Of a stretch of 64,000 nucleotides of DNA, positions 20,420 to 31,725 are shown one piece after another. Every line of letters begins with the position of its first letter. The stretch's first letter is position 1. The notes beneath the pieces were generated by a model. It saw only the letters and a list, made by a program, of their open reading frames with translations, had not been told where the DNA came from and searched no databases. The stretch comes from an uncultured delta proteobacterium. GTDB taxonomy: Bacteria > Desulfobacterota > Binatia > UBA9968. The position numbers and the translations under genes are program-made. Location: NCBI GenBank assembly GCA_963755715.1, contig CAVWLW010000041.1:1-64000 (forward strand). The letters run 5' to 3'.

Positions 20420-21061
20420 ATGGCGATGCCTCCAGGCGAACCGAAGAGCCCCGAACAAGTACAGCAATGGATTGAGAAGCACGCGCGACAGCACGACCGC
20501 TTCGCTCATGTCGCGGCAAAATACGATGGCCATCGCGCCACGCACGGCTGCTACGATGTGTATCCTTATCCAAACGGTTCGTTGCTCGGAACCCTGGCGG
20601 CAACGCATCGTGCCCGACGCATACTCGAAGTCGGCTGCGGCCTCGGTTACAGCGCCCTCTGGTTTGCCTATGGCGGCGGACCTGGAACGGTTGTCGAATC
20701 CATCGAGCGCGACCCTCAGCACGCTGCCATCGCGCGCGAACACTTCAAAGCTGAAGGTCTGGGCGAGCGGATCAAAGTTTTCGCGGGGCTCGGCGCGAAG
20801 GTCCTGCCGACGCTCAAGGACACCTACGATCTCGGTTACTTCGATACCGACCCGGCAGAGTCGCTGATCGATCTGGAACAATTCGAACGGCTGCTGAAAC
20901 CCGCCGGCCTACTGATATCCGCGAATTTATTCCTTGCGCAATATGCGCCCGACCTACCCGGTTTGGAAAAAACCGCGGAATACCGGGAGCGCATTCTCGA
21001 CGGCACGCGCTGGCTGACTAGCTATTTGCCGGATGGCACCGCGCTGAGCATCAAGCGGTGA
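20420..21061 (+). CDS. class I SAM-dependent O-methyltransferase
   Basis: ARRILEVGCGLGYSALW, ESIERD, LLKPAGLLISAN. Confidence 0.88.
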   Translation: MAMPPGEPKSPEQVQQWIEKHARQHDRFAHVAAKYDGHRATHGCYDVYPYPNGSLLGTLAATHRARRILEVGCGLGYSALWFAYGGGPGTVVESIERDPQHAAIAREHFKAEGLGERIKVFAGLGAKVLPTLKDTYDLGYFDTDPAESLIDLEQFERLLKPAGLLISANLFLAQYAPDLPGLEKTAEYRERILDGTRWLTSYLPDGTALSIKR

Positions 21062-21148
21062 AAACTAACGAAAGAAGTCACCCGCCGAAGCTCGCAAGAC
21101 GGACAGTGTTAAGGGATAACTACTCGTTTAAACCGGCGCTTACGGCGG

Positions 21149-21976
21149 TCAAAGCGCGCGTTCAGTCTCTTTCCACGGCGCCAGACGTTTTTGCAGCTTC
21201 TCGATAATGTTGCTGAGAATCACGCCGAGCAGCGCCAATAAAATCACCGGAACGAAAAACTTATCGGTTGCCAGCGCGCTGGAGTAACGAACTAAAAGGG
21301 CGCCCATACCCGTCACCGCGGTGAACATTTCCGCCGTGATGATGCCGATCAGCGCGCGGCCCACCGCTAGGCGGATGCCGGCCATGATAAACGGCAACGC
21401 AGCCGGCAGGATAACCTTCGTAAAAAGCTTTCCCTCACCGGCGCCGTAGGCGCGCCCAACCTCGACGAGCTGCGCGCTCACCGTGCGCACACCGCTAAAG
21501 GTATTCATCAGCACGGGAAACAGACCGCTTAGAAACACGACGGCGATTTTCGACGAATTTCCCAGCCCGAACCAAAGGAGCAGCAGCGGGATCAGCGCCA
21601 CCCGCGGCGTGGCATCGAACGCGTAGACATAAGGGTCGAGCAAATATTCGGCGAGACGGTAGCGCCCCATCAGCAAACCAATGGCGATACCGAGCACAAG
21701 CGCAGCGCTCAAGCCGACGGCAAACACGTGCAAGCTGCCGAGAGCGCTGCGCTGGAATTCGCCGGTGACGACAATCTGCAAGAATGCGCGGCCGATGGCG
21801 CTCGGATAAGAGAGAAACAACGGATTGATCTGCCTGCCGAAGATTTCCCACAGCGCGATCACCACCACGACCGAAGCTGCGCGCACGGCGCCGAGATGAT
21901 CGACGAGCCGGAATCGCCGAGTGAGCGGCAGGTCGAGCTCGGCGAGGGCTTGTTGTTCTAAAGTATTGAGCGCCAT
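21149..21976 (-). CDS. ABC transporter permease (NitT/TauT family)
   Basis: TPRVALIPLLLLWFGLG; EAA-like EVGRAYGA; LPAALPFIMAGIRL. Confidence 0.93.
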   Translation of the reverse strand: MALNTLEQQALAELDLPLTRRFRLVDHLGAVRAASVVVVIALWEIFGRQINPLFLSYPSAIGRAFLQIVVTGEFQRSALGSLHVFAVGLSAALVLGIAIGLLMGRYRLAEYLLDPYVYAFDATPRVALIPLLLLWFGLGNSSKIAVVFLSGLFPVLMNTFSGVRTVSAQLVEVGRAYGAGEGKLFTKVILPAALPFIMAGIRLAVGRALIGIITAEMFTAVTGMGALLVRYSSALATDKFFVPVILLALLGVILSNIIEKLQKRLAPWKETERAL

Positions 21977-22021
21977 GATTTTTCTGTTGGCAATTTGTGA
22001 TTAGCTTTCACACGCAAGTCA

Positions 22022-22853
22022 TTAGTTGACCGCGCGTTCGGTTTCCTTCCAAGTCGCCAGGCGGCGTTCCAGCCACTGGGTCGCGCGGATCAAACCGACG
22101 CCCAACACCGCCAGCACGACGATCACCACGAACATCTTGGCGGTTTCGAAAATATTGCCGTACAGCGACAACATCGCGCCGAGCCCGGTGATCGCGGTGA
22201 AAAGCTCGGCGACGATCATGCCGACGAGGGCGCGGCCGATGGCGATGCGCACGCCGGCCATGATAAACGGCAGCGCCGCCGGACAAATTACTTTGAAGAG
22301 AATTTGGGCCGGCGGCGCCGAGATAGGCGCGCGCCACTTCGACCATCGCCGCGCTGACGTTTTTCGCGCCGCTGGCGGTGTTGATTAGGATCGGGAAAAA
22401 GGCGAAAAGAAAAACCACCGCGACTTTGACGCTGAAGCCGAGTCCCAGCCACATCATGAGCAGCGGCGTCAGCGCGACCTGCGGCGTCGCATAAAGAGCG
22501 TTGATCAACGGCTCGAAGAACGCTTCCACGGTCCGCGACATGCCCAAAATCAGTCCGAAGGCGACGCCGAGAACGAGTGACGCGATAAATCCCACCGCGA
22601 GCGCGCTCAAGCTCACCGCCAATTGTTTGATCAATTCCCCGGAGGCGATGAGCTTGACGAAAGCTTCGGCGACGGCGGTTGGATACGTAAAAAGGATCGG
22701 ATCGGTTTTGCGTCCGAAAAATTCCCAAAGCAGCAGAAAAACCGTCACCGACGCGAGACGAATGAGATTCGGGTGATCGTAGACCGACCAGCGCCGCTCG
22801 CGCCGGAGACCCAATCCCTCGATGATCTGTTCGTCGGTTGGAAGCGCCATCAT
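22022..22853 (-). CDS. ABC transporter permease (NitT/TauT family); frameshift near 22315
   Basis: ORF 22008..22856 up to EVARAYL joins ORF 22022..22261 (MAGVRIAIGRALVGMIVAEL). Confidence 0.9.
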
Positions 22854-23614
22854 CAATCTCGCAGCGAATCGCGCAAACGCGCGCGAAGTTGCGCGAAGCG
22901 CGGATCGGCTTTGACGTCGCCTTCCCAGCGCGGCCGCGGCAGATCGATCCGCACTTCTTCTTTTATCCGGCCGGGCCGCGCCTGCATCACCACGACGCGA
23001 TCGGAAAGATAGATCGCCTCATCGATGCTATGCGTCACAAACACCACGGTGGTTTCGGTCTGCGCCCAGATTTTTAACAATTCTTCCTGGAGTTGCTCGC
23101 GCGTTTGCGCGTCGACCGCGCCGAAGGGTTCGTCCATCAGCAAGATTTCCGGCTTTTTCGACAGCGCCCGCGCAATGCCGACCCGCTGTTGCATGCCGCC
23201 CGAGATCTGATGTGGATAGTAACTCTCGAAGCCTTTGAGGCCAACAAGCTCCAGATACTTTTCGGCTACGGCGCGCCGTTCTTCCCGCGCCATGCCCTCG
23301 ATCTCCAGGCCGAACTCCACGTTGCTCAATACGGTACGCCAGGGCAGCAAGCCGAACTGTTGAAACACCATGCAGCGGTCGTGCCCCGGCGCCGTGACGC
23401 CTTGCTGATTCACCAGCACGTCGCCGCGGTCGGCCGTCAACAACCCGGCGATGATGCGAATCAGCGTCGTCTTGCCACAGCCGCTCGGCCCGAGCAGGGA
23501 TACAAACTCGTTTTTGCGAATGGCGAGAGAGATGTCGTAGAGCGCGACGAGTCCGGGCTTGCGTGGATCGTTCTGCTCAAAGAAAATCTTGGAGAGACGC
23601 CGCACCTCCAGCAT
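22853..23614 (-). CDS. ABC transporter ATP-binding protein (TauB/SsuB-like)
   Basis: GPSGCGKT, ISGGMQQR, LLMDEPF, VTHSIDEA. Confidence 0.96.
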   Translation of the reverse strand: MLEVRRLSKIFFEQNDPRKPGLVALYDISLAIRKNEFVSLLGPSGCGKTTLIRIIAGLLTADRGDVLVNQQGVTAPGHDRCMVFQQFGLLPWRTVLSNVEFGLEIEGMAREERRAVAEKYLELVGLKGFESYYPHQISGGMQQRVGIARALSKKPEILLMDEPFGAVDAQTREQLQEELLKIWAQTETTVVFVTHSIDEAIYLSDRVVVMQARPGRIKEEVRIDLPRPRWEGDVKADPRFAQLRARLRDSLRD

Positions 23615-23657
23615 TCATCGGCCTCGACTGAGGTCAAAGAGAATTTAGCGCCAACGC

Positions 23658-24647
23658 CTATTTCCGGCCCAATTCTTTGATCGCGCGATCGACGAAGCGG
23701 CGGTCGAAGAACTGATTGTACGGCATCGGTGTTTCGAGGTAGCCGACCTTTTTCAGAAACTCGACCGTAAAGTTGTACGACCCCTCGGTAATATCGCCGT
23801 TGACGCCCCACAAGCGCGGATCGGCGAGATCATAGGTTTTATTTAACACTTCCGCAGGTTCGTCCGGCAGTATTTTTCTTGCGACCTCGACGGTGCCGGC
23901 TTTGTTCGTGGCAATCCAGCGATTGGACTCGATGATCGCCTTGGCGAGCTTATAAAGCGTGTCCGCGTTCTTTTGAATGTAGTCGTCTTTCGCCATGCCG
24001 AACTCGTAGGGAATCTCGGGCACAACCTTGGGCACATTGACGAGATCGATGATATCCGGATAGGAGCCGAGCTTCGCTACTTCGGTATTGGTCACCACTG
24101 TGAAATCGATTTTGCCGGCAATCAAAGCTTTGAAGCGATCCGCCGGCGAGCCCACGGCGACATATTTGAACTTCTCCGGATCAAGGCCGCTGCGTTCGAT
24201 CACGATGCGGGGAATATGATAGGAGATCGCGCCGATGCCGGAGACCGCCACGCTTTTGCCCACCAGCGCCTGCAACGTCGTTCCGGCTTCCCGCCGCGCG
24301 ATCACGTGGTAGGGCGTAATCGGATTGGCCACCACCCACAGCTTGATGGGAACTTTTTTCGCCGCGCCGACGATGCCTTCCGTGGCGCCCATATTGATCG
24401 ACATATCGATGTCACCCGAGAGCAACGCCTTGACGTGCGTATTGTCGCCGCGGAATTCGACGACTTCGACGTCGAGTCCGTATTTCTTGAAGAAGCCTTT
24501 TTCAATGGCGACGTACGGCGTGATCGACTCCAGCGAAGGCGGGCTCAACGATGAACCCATTTTAAGTTTCGTGCTTTGCGCGTTACTTAATGAAGGCAAC
24601 GCCAATAGACCGCAAGCCAAACCGGTCAACGCCGATTTCCAATTCAT
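23658..24647 (-). CDS. ABC transporter substrate-binding protein (NitT/TauT family)
   Basis: AGGAG then MNWKSALTG signal peptide; VAIEKGFFKKYGLDVE; first gene of the ABC operon. Confidence 0.92.
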   Translation of the reverse strand: MNWKSALTGLACGLLALPSLSNAQSTKLKMGSSLSPPSLESITPYVAIEKGFFKKYGLDVEVVEFRGDNTHVKALLSGDIDMSINMGATEGIVGAAKKVPIKLWVVANPITPYHVIARREAGTTLQALVGKSVAVSGIGAISYHIPRIVIERSGLDPEKFKYVAVGSPADRFKALIAGKIDFTVVTNTEVAKLGSYPDIIDLVNVPKVVPEIPYEFGMAKDDYIQKNADTLYKLAKAIIESNRWIATNKAGTVEVARKILPDEPAEVLNKTYDLADPRLWGVNGDITEGSYNFTVEFLKKVGYLETPMPYNQFFDRRFVDRAIKELGRK

Positions 24648-24806
24648 ACTCGATCTCCTGCCAGGTCCTTTGTTTGCCGAAACTGAGATTGCCATGCATA
24701 GCACGCCGGCAAATCAACTTCCACACGAAGCGGCGCCGTCATACAACCCGATCGATCCCGCCGGACGAGGGCGGAAATCAAGCCACCGTGCGGTATCGCT
24801 CAAGCC

Positions 24807-27800
24807 TCACGACAGTAGCAACTCCAAATCTTCGCGTGTGAGATTGCGCATGACACTACTGTCGGCGCTGATGATCGCATCGGCGAGATCGCGTTTGGAC
24901 TGCTGTAACGCCAGAACTTTCTCTTCTACGGTATCACGGGCAATCAGTCGGTAAGCGAAGACCTGGCGTGTCTGGCCGATGCGGTGCGCGCGGTCGATCG
25001 CCTGCGCCTCCACGGCGGGATTCCACCAGGGATCGAGCAGATAAACGTATTCGGCGGCGTGAAGATTCAATCCCAATCCTCCGGCTTTCAAGCTGATGAG
25101 AAACAGCTTCACGCTGGGATCGTTCTGAAACTGTTCGACGGGCGCTTGGCGGTCGCGAGTGCGGCCGTCGAGATAAACGTAGGGAATCTTCGCCGCATCG
25201 AGGCGGCCGCGCACGATGGCAAGCAAGCTGGTGAATTGCGAGAAAACCAAAACCTTGTGATTTTCTTCGAGCACTTGATCGAGCTGGGCGAGCAGGGTGT
25301 CGAGCTTGGCGCTCGACTCGGCGCTTTTCTTTTTATCGATCAGTCCCGGATGGCAGGCCGCCTGGCGCAAGCGCAACAGCGCTTCGAGCACTTGAATCTT
25401 GAATTGTCCCGGCTCCATTCGCGGCGCCGTTTTTCAGCAGGCGCGCGCGGTAGTAATCGCGCAGCTCGTTGTAGAGCTTTTTGTCCTTGGCTTCGAGATC
25501 GCAGTAAATCGTTTGCTCGGTCTTTTCCGGCAGCTCGGTGGCGACCTGGCTTTTCGTGCGTCGGAGAATAAAAGGCCGCAGCGCTTTTCTAAGTATGACG
25601 CGCGTGTTTTCGTCCGGATTGCGTCCGGCATTGGTGAAAACCGAAGCGCTGCCGAGCATTCCCGGGTTGAGAAACTCGAACAGGCTCCAAAGCTCGCCCA
25701 GGTGATTTTCCACCGGCGTGCCGCTCATCGCCAAGCGATGGTCGGCACGTAGCAAGCGCACGGCCTTGGCGGCAAGCGTGCCGGCGTTTTTGACCGCCTG
25801 GGCTTCGTCGAGAATACAGTAATCGAAACGCTGCTCCTTGAAATGAAGCGCATCGCGCGCCAGGGTGCCGTAGGTTGTAATGATGAGATCGTACTCGGCG
25901 AAGTGTTCCCCGGATTTGCGCCGCGCCGCGCCGGAGTGATCGAGAATTTTTAAATCGGGGGCAAAGCGCTCCGCCTCTTTTTTCCAATGAAACACGAGCG
26001 AGCGCGGCACCACGACAAGCGAGGGGCCCGTTACATTTTCGCCGCCACTCGAACGGCGCTCGCGGCGCGCTTCGAGGAGCGCCAGAACTTGAATGGTTTT
26101 GCCCAAGCCCATGTCGTCGGCCAGGCAGCCGCCGAAGCCGAAGCGCTGGAGGAAAAACAACCAGGCCAAGCCGTCGCGTTGGTAACCGCGCAGCTCGCCG
26201 GCGAAGTGCGGCGTTGGCTCGGCGGCCTCGATACCGGCAAAATCGACGAGTTCCCGGCGTACCCGCGCGAATATCGCATCGACGGCGACGGCGGGCTCGC
26301 CGGCAAGCAAAGCGTCCAACAGCCCGGCCTGCGGCCGCGTGAAGCGCAAATGTTTTTCCTCGAGAGTGCCGAGTCCGGCAAGCAGAGCGTATTTTTTCAT
26401 CCACTCTTCGGGAACGATGCCGAGAGTGCCGTCGTCGAGCTTGACCATCGACTCGCCTTGTTTGATCGCGCGCAAGAGCTCCGGCAACGAAATTTTGGCG
26501 TCGCCGAACACCGCGCTGCCGTCGAGCTCGAACCAATCGACGCCGGATTTGACCTCCATCGTCAGCTTCTCCGGGGTGCGATAGAGCTTGCCCTCCGCCT
26601 CGATATGCCAACCTTCGTTGGTCAGCGCGCGCACCACTTTCGGCAACTGCGCGGCGTACAGCTCCGCGTCGGCATCGCCGCCGTTATTGATGGCGCGAAA
26701 GCCGAGCTGGATTATTCTCCTGCGCGCGTTGGCTTCGAAGCCGGCATCACGCCGAATCAGCCGGCGTTGCTCTTTTTGATAGACGTTGCCGCCGCGCGCG
26801 CCGAAAGCGATTTTCTCGCCTGCGTAATCGAAGGAAAGTTTGCCCCACAGCCGGGGATGGCGAAATGGATGGCGCGGTCCGGGCTTGATGACCAGACTCG
26901 GTTTCGGCGTCAGGCGCAACCTCCTCGAATTGAAGCTCGTCGGGCAGCTCCAAACGCGGTTGTTGACCAAGACGCAAAAGCTCGCCGAGAAACGACTCGC
27001 TCTCTTGCTTCGGAATCGACAGCTCTGCGCGCGCCCGCAGCAGCGAAATCCAGCCGAAAGCGCCATGATCGTTGAGTCGGGCCACAAGACCGTCGTAAAA
27101 AACCAAGCCGCCGGCCAACAGGAGCGAAGGCTTGGACAGCGGCATGTCGGCGTCGCCACGGCGGAGCCCGCCCGTGACGCGGTAGTGCGCGCCGTCTTCC
27201 GCCGGCGCGACTCGCAAATAAAACTCCCAAGGCGCGCCATCGTCCCACTGAACGGCGGGAAGATGTTCGTTATTATTTAGAGAAAAGCGCAGCACGCAGC
27301 GCCCGCTCGCGCACATGAGCGGCAGCACGACATCCCAGAGCGGCGCGGGCAGAGCGAAGTTGGGATCGGTCGACTCGCGATAATAGGGCGAGTAGGCGTA
27401 ACTCAAGTCGCGCCGGGAGCCGAAGAGAATGGCCAATATCCGCCGATCGGCCGGGTCGGCAATATCGCCGAGCTCATTTAAGCCTAGTTTCTTGGTCTTA
27501 AGCTTGCCCCACAAGCCATTGGTCCGCCGCTCGCGCTGCGCAACGTCAATGACCAGACGCTCGGCGCTCCGCGTGCCGGAAACGTCGATGATATAAATAA
27601 ACTCCCGTTCCGTCGGCGCGGAAAATCGTGAACGGTTTTCCGCCGCCTGCAAAGAATTCAACAGCGGTTCCAGTTGTTTTTTCCAGGACGGCGCTGGTTG
27701 GGGATTTTTGACCTGGACGAGTTTGGCTACCGGCGCGAAACTATCGAGCGCGCTAAAACTTTCCCGGCCGCGAAGATAGCCCTCCTGTTCCGCCGCCAGA

Positions 27801-28048
27801 GACACTGCCCAGATATGCTTGCAGGGCTCTAAATCTCGCTCGAAGTACGGACAACTGCACGAATAATCCAAGAACTCGTCGATGCTGGTGATCTCGACGT
27901 CGTAACGGATCGTTCCTTGCACGACCGCATGCACCGACGAATGATCGCCGTCGATGCTTTTGACCGCGCCGCGATGGAAATACTGCCGGCCGCGCTCTTG
28001 CGTTAGCCGACCTACTTCGTCAGCAATCTGCTCCGTCAAATAACCCAT
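24807..28048 (-). CDS. SWIM zinc-finger SNF2-family helicase; frameshifts near 26915 and 25420
   Basis: CSCPY...CKHIWA (SWIM); [30 protein letters not shown]; [35 protein letters not shown]. Confidence 0.92.
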
Positions 28049-28168
28049 GATTGAAATAGAGTAGTTTACCAAAATATTGAACGGTCAACTAGCCGTGCTT
28101 GACATGCGTTGACAGACAGACGAACTCCGTGCCAGAAAAGCGGCAGACTGCCGAGAAGAGGAATAATT

Positions 28169-29209
28169 ATGAAAAATCACAAGGCCGAAAGCCGTATTAT
28201 CGACGCCGACGGCCACGTGCGCGAAACAGATGAAGAAATTATCGAATACATGTCGCCGGGTTACCGCGCGCGGCGCGACGCCATGCTTTACTTTCCCTTG
28301 ACGCCGCACCATGGCTGGCATCGCTCGATTCCGGCCAACGATTTTCGTCAGCAAGATTTTCGCGTGCCCGACTGGCGCGAATGGGCCGGCAAGCTCGATG
28401 AAGGAAGGTTCGCGCTAACCGTGCTCTATCCGACCCGCTTCATGCACATCGGCCAGATCGGCAACCCGCCCTACGCCGTGGAGCTCTGCCGCGCCTACAA
28501 TGACTACCTGCACGACAAATTTCTCACCCGTGATCGCCGCTTTCGCGGCATGGCGTTATTGCCGCTGCAAGATCCGAGCGCCGCGGTGAAGGAACTGCGC
28601 CGCGCGGTCAAGAACTACGGCATGCTCGGCGGCATCTTGCCGGCGGACGGTTTGCCGCTGCCGTTGGGGCACCGCCAGTATTGGCCGCTCTTCCAGGAAG
28701 CCGACCATCTCGGCTGTGCCCTGTCGATCCACTCGTGCAATTCGCTGCGCGACAACGACCGGTATCTCCAACCCAACGAAGCAGCCGCGCTCACCCATGT
28801 GATCCCGCAGATGCGCCAGTTCAACAACATCATGTTTTCCGGCCTGATGAACAAACTGAAAAATCTTCGGCTCGGGTTCCTCGAAGCCGGCTGCGGCTGG
28901 GTGGCTTTTTTGATGAGCAAGATCGAGGAGCGCCTCGAGCGCGTCGCCCCCAACGAGCGTCCGGTTCTGCCCAGCGAACTGCTGAAGAAAAAGCAGCTCT
29001 ACTTTCAATGCGGCGAAGAAGTGACAACGAAACGCGATGTCGAATTGCTCGGGGACGACTGCCTGCTGTGGGCGTCCGACTTTCCCCACGAAGCCACGCG
29101 CACCGACATGCGCAAGCTCGTGAAAGAGCACTTCGACCGCAAAGACCTGAGCCGGGAAGCAAAGAAGAAAATCATCTATGACAACGCGAAAAGGTTCTAT
29201 GCGCTGTAA
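28169..29209 (+). CDS. amidohydrolase_2 family protein
   Basis: IIDADGHV, CRAYND, LSIH, FLEAGCGW, WASDFPH. Confidence 0.88.
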   Translation: MKNHKAESRIIDADGHVRETDEEIIEYMSPGYRARRDAMLYFPLTPHHGWHRSIPANDFRQQDFRVPDWREWAGKLDEGRFALTVLYPTRFMHIGQIGNPPYAVELCRAYNDYLHDKFLTRDRRFRGMALLPLQDPSAAVKELRRAVKNYGMLGGILPADGLPLPLGHRQYWPLFQEADHLGCALSIHSCNSLRDNDRYLQPNEAAALTHVIPQMRQFNNIMFSGLMNKLKNLRLGFLEAGCGWVAFLMSKIEERLERVAPNERPVLPSELLKKKQLYFQCGEEVTTKRDVELLGDDCLLWASDFPHEATRTDMRKLVKEHFDRKDLSREAKKKIIYDNAKRFYAL

Positions 29210-29231
29210 GGATTAACCCCGATTCGAAACT

Positions 29232-29297
29232 TTGAACCTTGAACGCTTGAACTTTTGAACGGCCCGACTTCTGACAACGAATGAAGCGTTTTGAACG
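29232..29297. repeat. TTGAAC-based repeat run plus a ~43-nt module shared with 33555..33597
   Basis: TTGAACC TTGAACGC TTGAACTT TTGAACGGCCCGACTTCTGACAACGAATGAAGCGTTTTGAACG. Confidence 0.7.
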
Positions 29298-29348
29298 GCT
29301 CGAAAGGAGTTCGCGAGCTCGCCTGGTTTGGCGCGGCGATCCTTTCGG

Positions 29349-30416
29349 CTACCGCAATCCGAAGCTCTTGCGAAAATCTTCCGGGTCCATTTCATCGCTG
29401 CTGACGTGCAACGGAAACAAATCGAGATCCTTTGCATCGAGCCGTTTGGCAGAGGGCATTACGTCGCTGCGAGTGGGAACGCGGCCCATGGACTTAAGGA
29501 TTTCCGATCCCTCTTTGGATAACACCAGATCAACAAATAGATTTGCGGCATTTGGATTCATAGGCCGCGCCGCCAAGGCAATGGAGATCGGCGCTGCGAC
29601 CATCGGTTTAAGCGCGACCCAGTCAACTGGCGCTCCACGCGTTCTTAGACGCTCGATAAGATGCGCATAAGTGATCCCAATGGGAAACTCACCAGCCGCC
29701 AGCAAGTTGGCGATTAATACGTTGCCGTCGCGAAAGGCTGGCTTTTGCTGGTTAAGTTTGCGCATGAAATCGCCACCCCTTTGGCCACTCCACGCGGTCA
29801 GCATGCCGAAATACCAATCATAGGAACGCGGATCGAGCGTAATCTTGCCGTCACGCCACCTGGGATCGAGCAGACCATCCCACGCGGCCGGAACTTCCGA
29901 CGGCCTAACCCGTTGGCTGTTGTAAGCAATCGTGTAGTAGTTGTTGTAGATGTCGACCCACCGACTTTGTTTGTCTCTGAATTTGTCCGGGTAGGCGGCC
30001 AACTCAGAAGACGACATCGTCCCCAGCAAGCCCCGCTTTTGCAGCAAGAGAAGATCGGAAACTTTCCCTAACACCACATCAAAAAGAAAACGCCCGGCAC
30101 GGCTCTCGGTCAAAATGCGGTTCAGTAGCGGCGCGCTGCCGGCGCGAAAGAAACTCGCGTCGACAAACGGGAATCGGCTGCGATACAATTCGATCAGCTT
30201 AGTCGAATCTTCCGGCTGCATCGCCGTATAAAGAACGAACTTACCCTCTTTTTTAGCTCCATCGATCGCCGCATTCTGGCTTGCTGCGAGTGATAGACCG
30301 GGAAAAAGCACGGAAACAATTATGATTAGAGATAGAAATGTCTTACCCCAGCTTCCCGTGGACTGCTCTGATGCTGTAGCCTCTACCTTGAATGAAATAG
30401 ATGTAAGCCTCCCCAT
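29349..30416 (-). CDS. extracellular solute-binding protein (Fe/thiamine-type); start uncertain
   Basis: Hydrophobic signal FLSLIIIVSVLFPGLSLA; GAKKEGKFVLY, IAYNS, LLDPRWRDG, NPNAANLFVD. Confidence 0.85.
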   Translation of the reverse strand: MGRLTSISFKVEATASEQSTGSWGKTFLSLIIIVSVLFPGLSLAASQNAAIDGAKKEGKFVLYTAMQPEDSTKLIELYRSRFPFVDASFFRAGSAPLLNRILTESRAGRFLFDVVLGKVSDLLLLQKRGLLGTMSSSELAAYPDKFRDKQSRWVDIYNNYYTIAYNSQRVRPSEVPAAWDGLLDPRWRDGKITLDPRSYDWYFGMLTAWSGQRGGDFMRKLNQQKPAFRDGNVLIANLLAAGEFPIGITYAHLIERLRTRGAPVDWVALKPMVAAPISIALAARPMNPNAANLFVDLVLSKEGSEILKSMGRVPTRSDVMPSAKRLDAKDLDLFPLHVSSDEMDPEDFRKSFGLR

Positions 30417-30536
30417 GGGTGTGTCCATCGCTGGCCTACGAGTGCGGCGGAATCTCCGAGATCGCAATGTTCGCAAACTTGTGCCTACAGTTGTCATCGT
30501 TCCCCTCATGCCGGCTTTTCGTCGTTGAATTGACTT

Positions 30537-31700
30537 TTATTGAATGCCAGGTCGTCCGGCGTAGCGCGCCGCCACTGCCTTCACGCGCGGATCGTCGGCG
30601 ACCGCGAGCCGACCGCGGTCATGCAACACGTTGCTGCCGACCTTGAACGTCGCGCCGCGCGCTTCCGCCGCCGTGTGCAGATTGAACGGAAACGAAGCAC
30701 TCTTGCCCGCCTGCCCGAGGTGCATGTGCACCGCACCGGTGTGAAACGAGGCAACGAATTCGCGATATTCCTCATCCGGGCACTGCGCTGGCGACACGAT
30801 CGCGTGCGGATGCACGCCGCCGTGCGGTCCCCGGATTTCGAACGCGTTCTTCTCCCCGACGCGCCGCGCGAGAGCTTCGAGGAATCCACGAATGGCTGTC
30901 GCTTCCGCGCCTCCCTCGATCTTCGTCATCTGATTGTCTTCAACCGAGATGCGCACCGGCGCAGAGAAACGGACCGGCACCCCGATCTCTTTCGCCCAGA
31001 CCGGCATCATCTGATCGAACACATAGATGCCGTTCGTCTCGACAGGATTCACCGCCGGATAGATGCCGTCCGGGAACGGACGATAGTAGCCGTCGCGACG
31101 CCAGTAGGCGTAGGCTTCGCCGCCACGCCCCGGCGATCCGACCTTGCCTTCCAGATGCGTGCCGTTCGGGTGGGTTAGGCTCCACGTTTCGTCGGGCTTG
31201 ATCAGTTCCGCCATGCGGTAGCGGATCTCGGCGATGAGATCGTGCGGCGTGCGCGCCCAGTCGCTCATAAGCAGACCCGTCGTGGTCGCCATATTGCGGA
31301 CCATCGGCAGCTTCAGCTCCTTGAGGAGCTCCGGAAATTCCTTGAGGTGTTCTTCGGAAGAGAGATCGCTGATGTGATTGATCAGCAGATCGGCGCCCTT
31401 CATCGCCGCCTTGACGATCGGCGGAATCTTCCAGGCCGTCTCCGGTGTCGGAATATCGGGCCAGATCACATTCGGCCGGCTCGGCATGTCGGCCCATATA
31501 ACAGTAGGATGCGCGCCGCGCGCCTGCACTCCCGACTGAATCCATGCGATTGTCTGTTCGTCAACGAGATTGCGGCCGCCGTGCAATCCGTCGATAGCCG
31601 CGAGAATCAGCACGTTCTGGCCGGGCTTCACGACCGCGCAATTATCGAGCATGTCGTTGATCGCGACTGCGGCGTCCGCCGGCATGTAAGCGATGGACAT
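30537..31700 (-). CDS. uncharacterised M29 aminopeptidase / NicX-fold protein
   Basis: MLDNCAVVKPGQNVLI start, LTHPNGTHLEG, FPDG, TNGIYVFD, PVRISVED..KIEGGAEA, GAVHMHLG; GAGGA RBS. Confidence 0.6.
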   Translation of the reverse strand: MSIAYMPADAAVAINDMLDNCAVVKPGQNVLILAAIDGLHGGRNLVDEQTIAWIQSGVQARGAHPTVIWADMPSRPNVIWPDIPTPETAWKIPPIVKAAMKGADLLINHISDLSSEEHLKEFPELLKELKLPMVRNMATTTGLLMSDWARTPHDLIAEIRYRMAELIKPDETWSLTHPNGTHLEGKVGSPGRGGEAYAYWRRDGYYRPFPDGIYPAVNPVETNGIYVFDQMMPVWAKEIGVPVRFSAPVRISVEDNQMTKIEGGAEATAIRGFLEALARRVGEKNAFEIRGPHGGVHPHAIVSPAQCPDEEYREFVASFHTGAVHMHLGQAGKSASFPFNLHTAAEARGATFKVGSNVLHDRGRLAVADDPRVKAVAARYAGRPGIQ

Positions 31701-31725
31701 TGCATTCCTCCCGAGACTGCTGGTG

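Noticed and set aside
24807-28048. SNF2 helicase as an anti-phage system
   Set aside because: Common stand-alone SWIM-SNF2 architecture with no adjacent nuclease, methylase or other defence genes.
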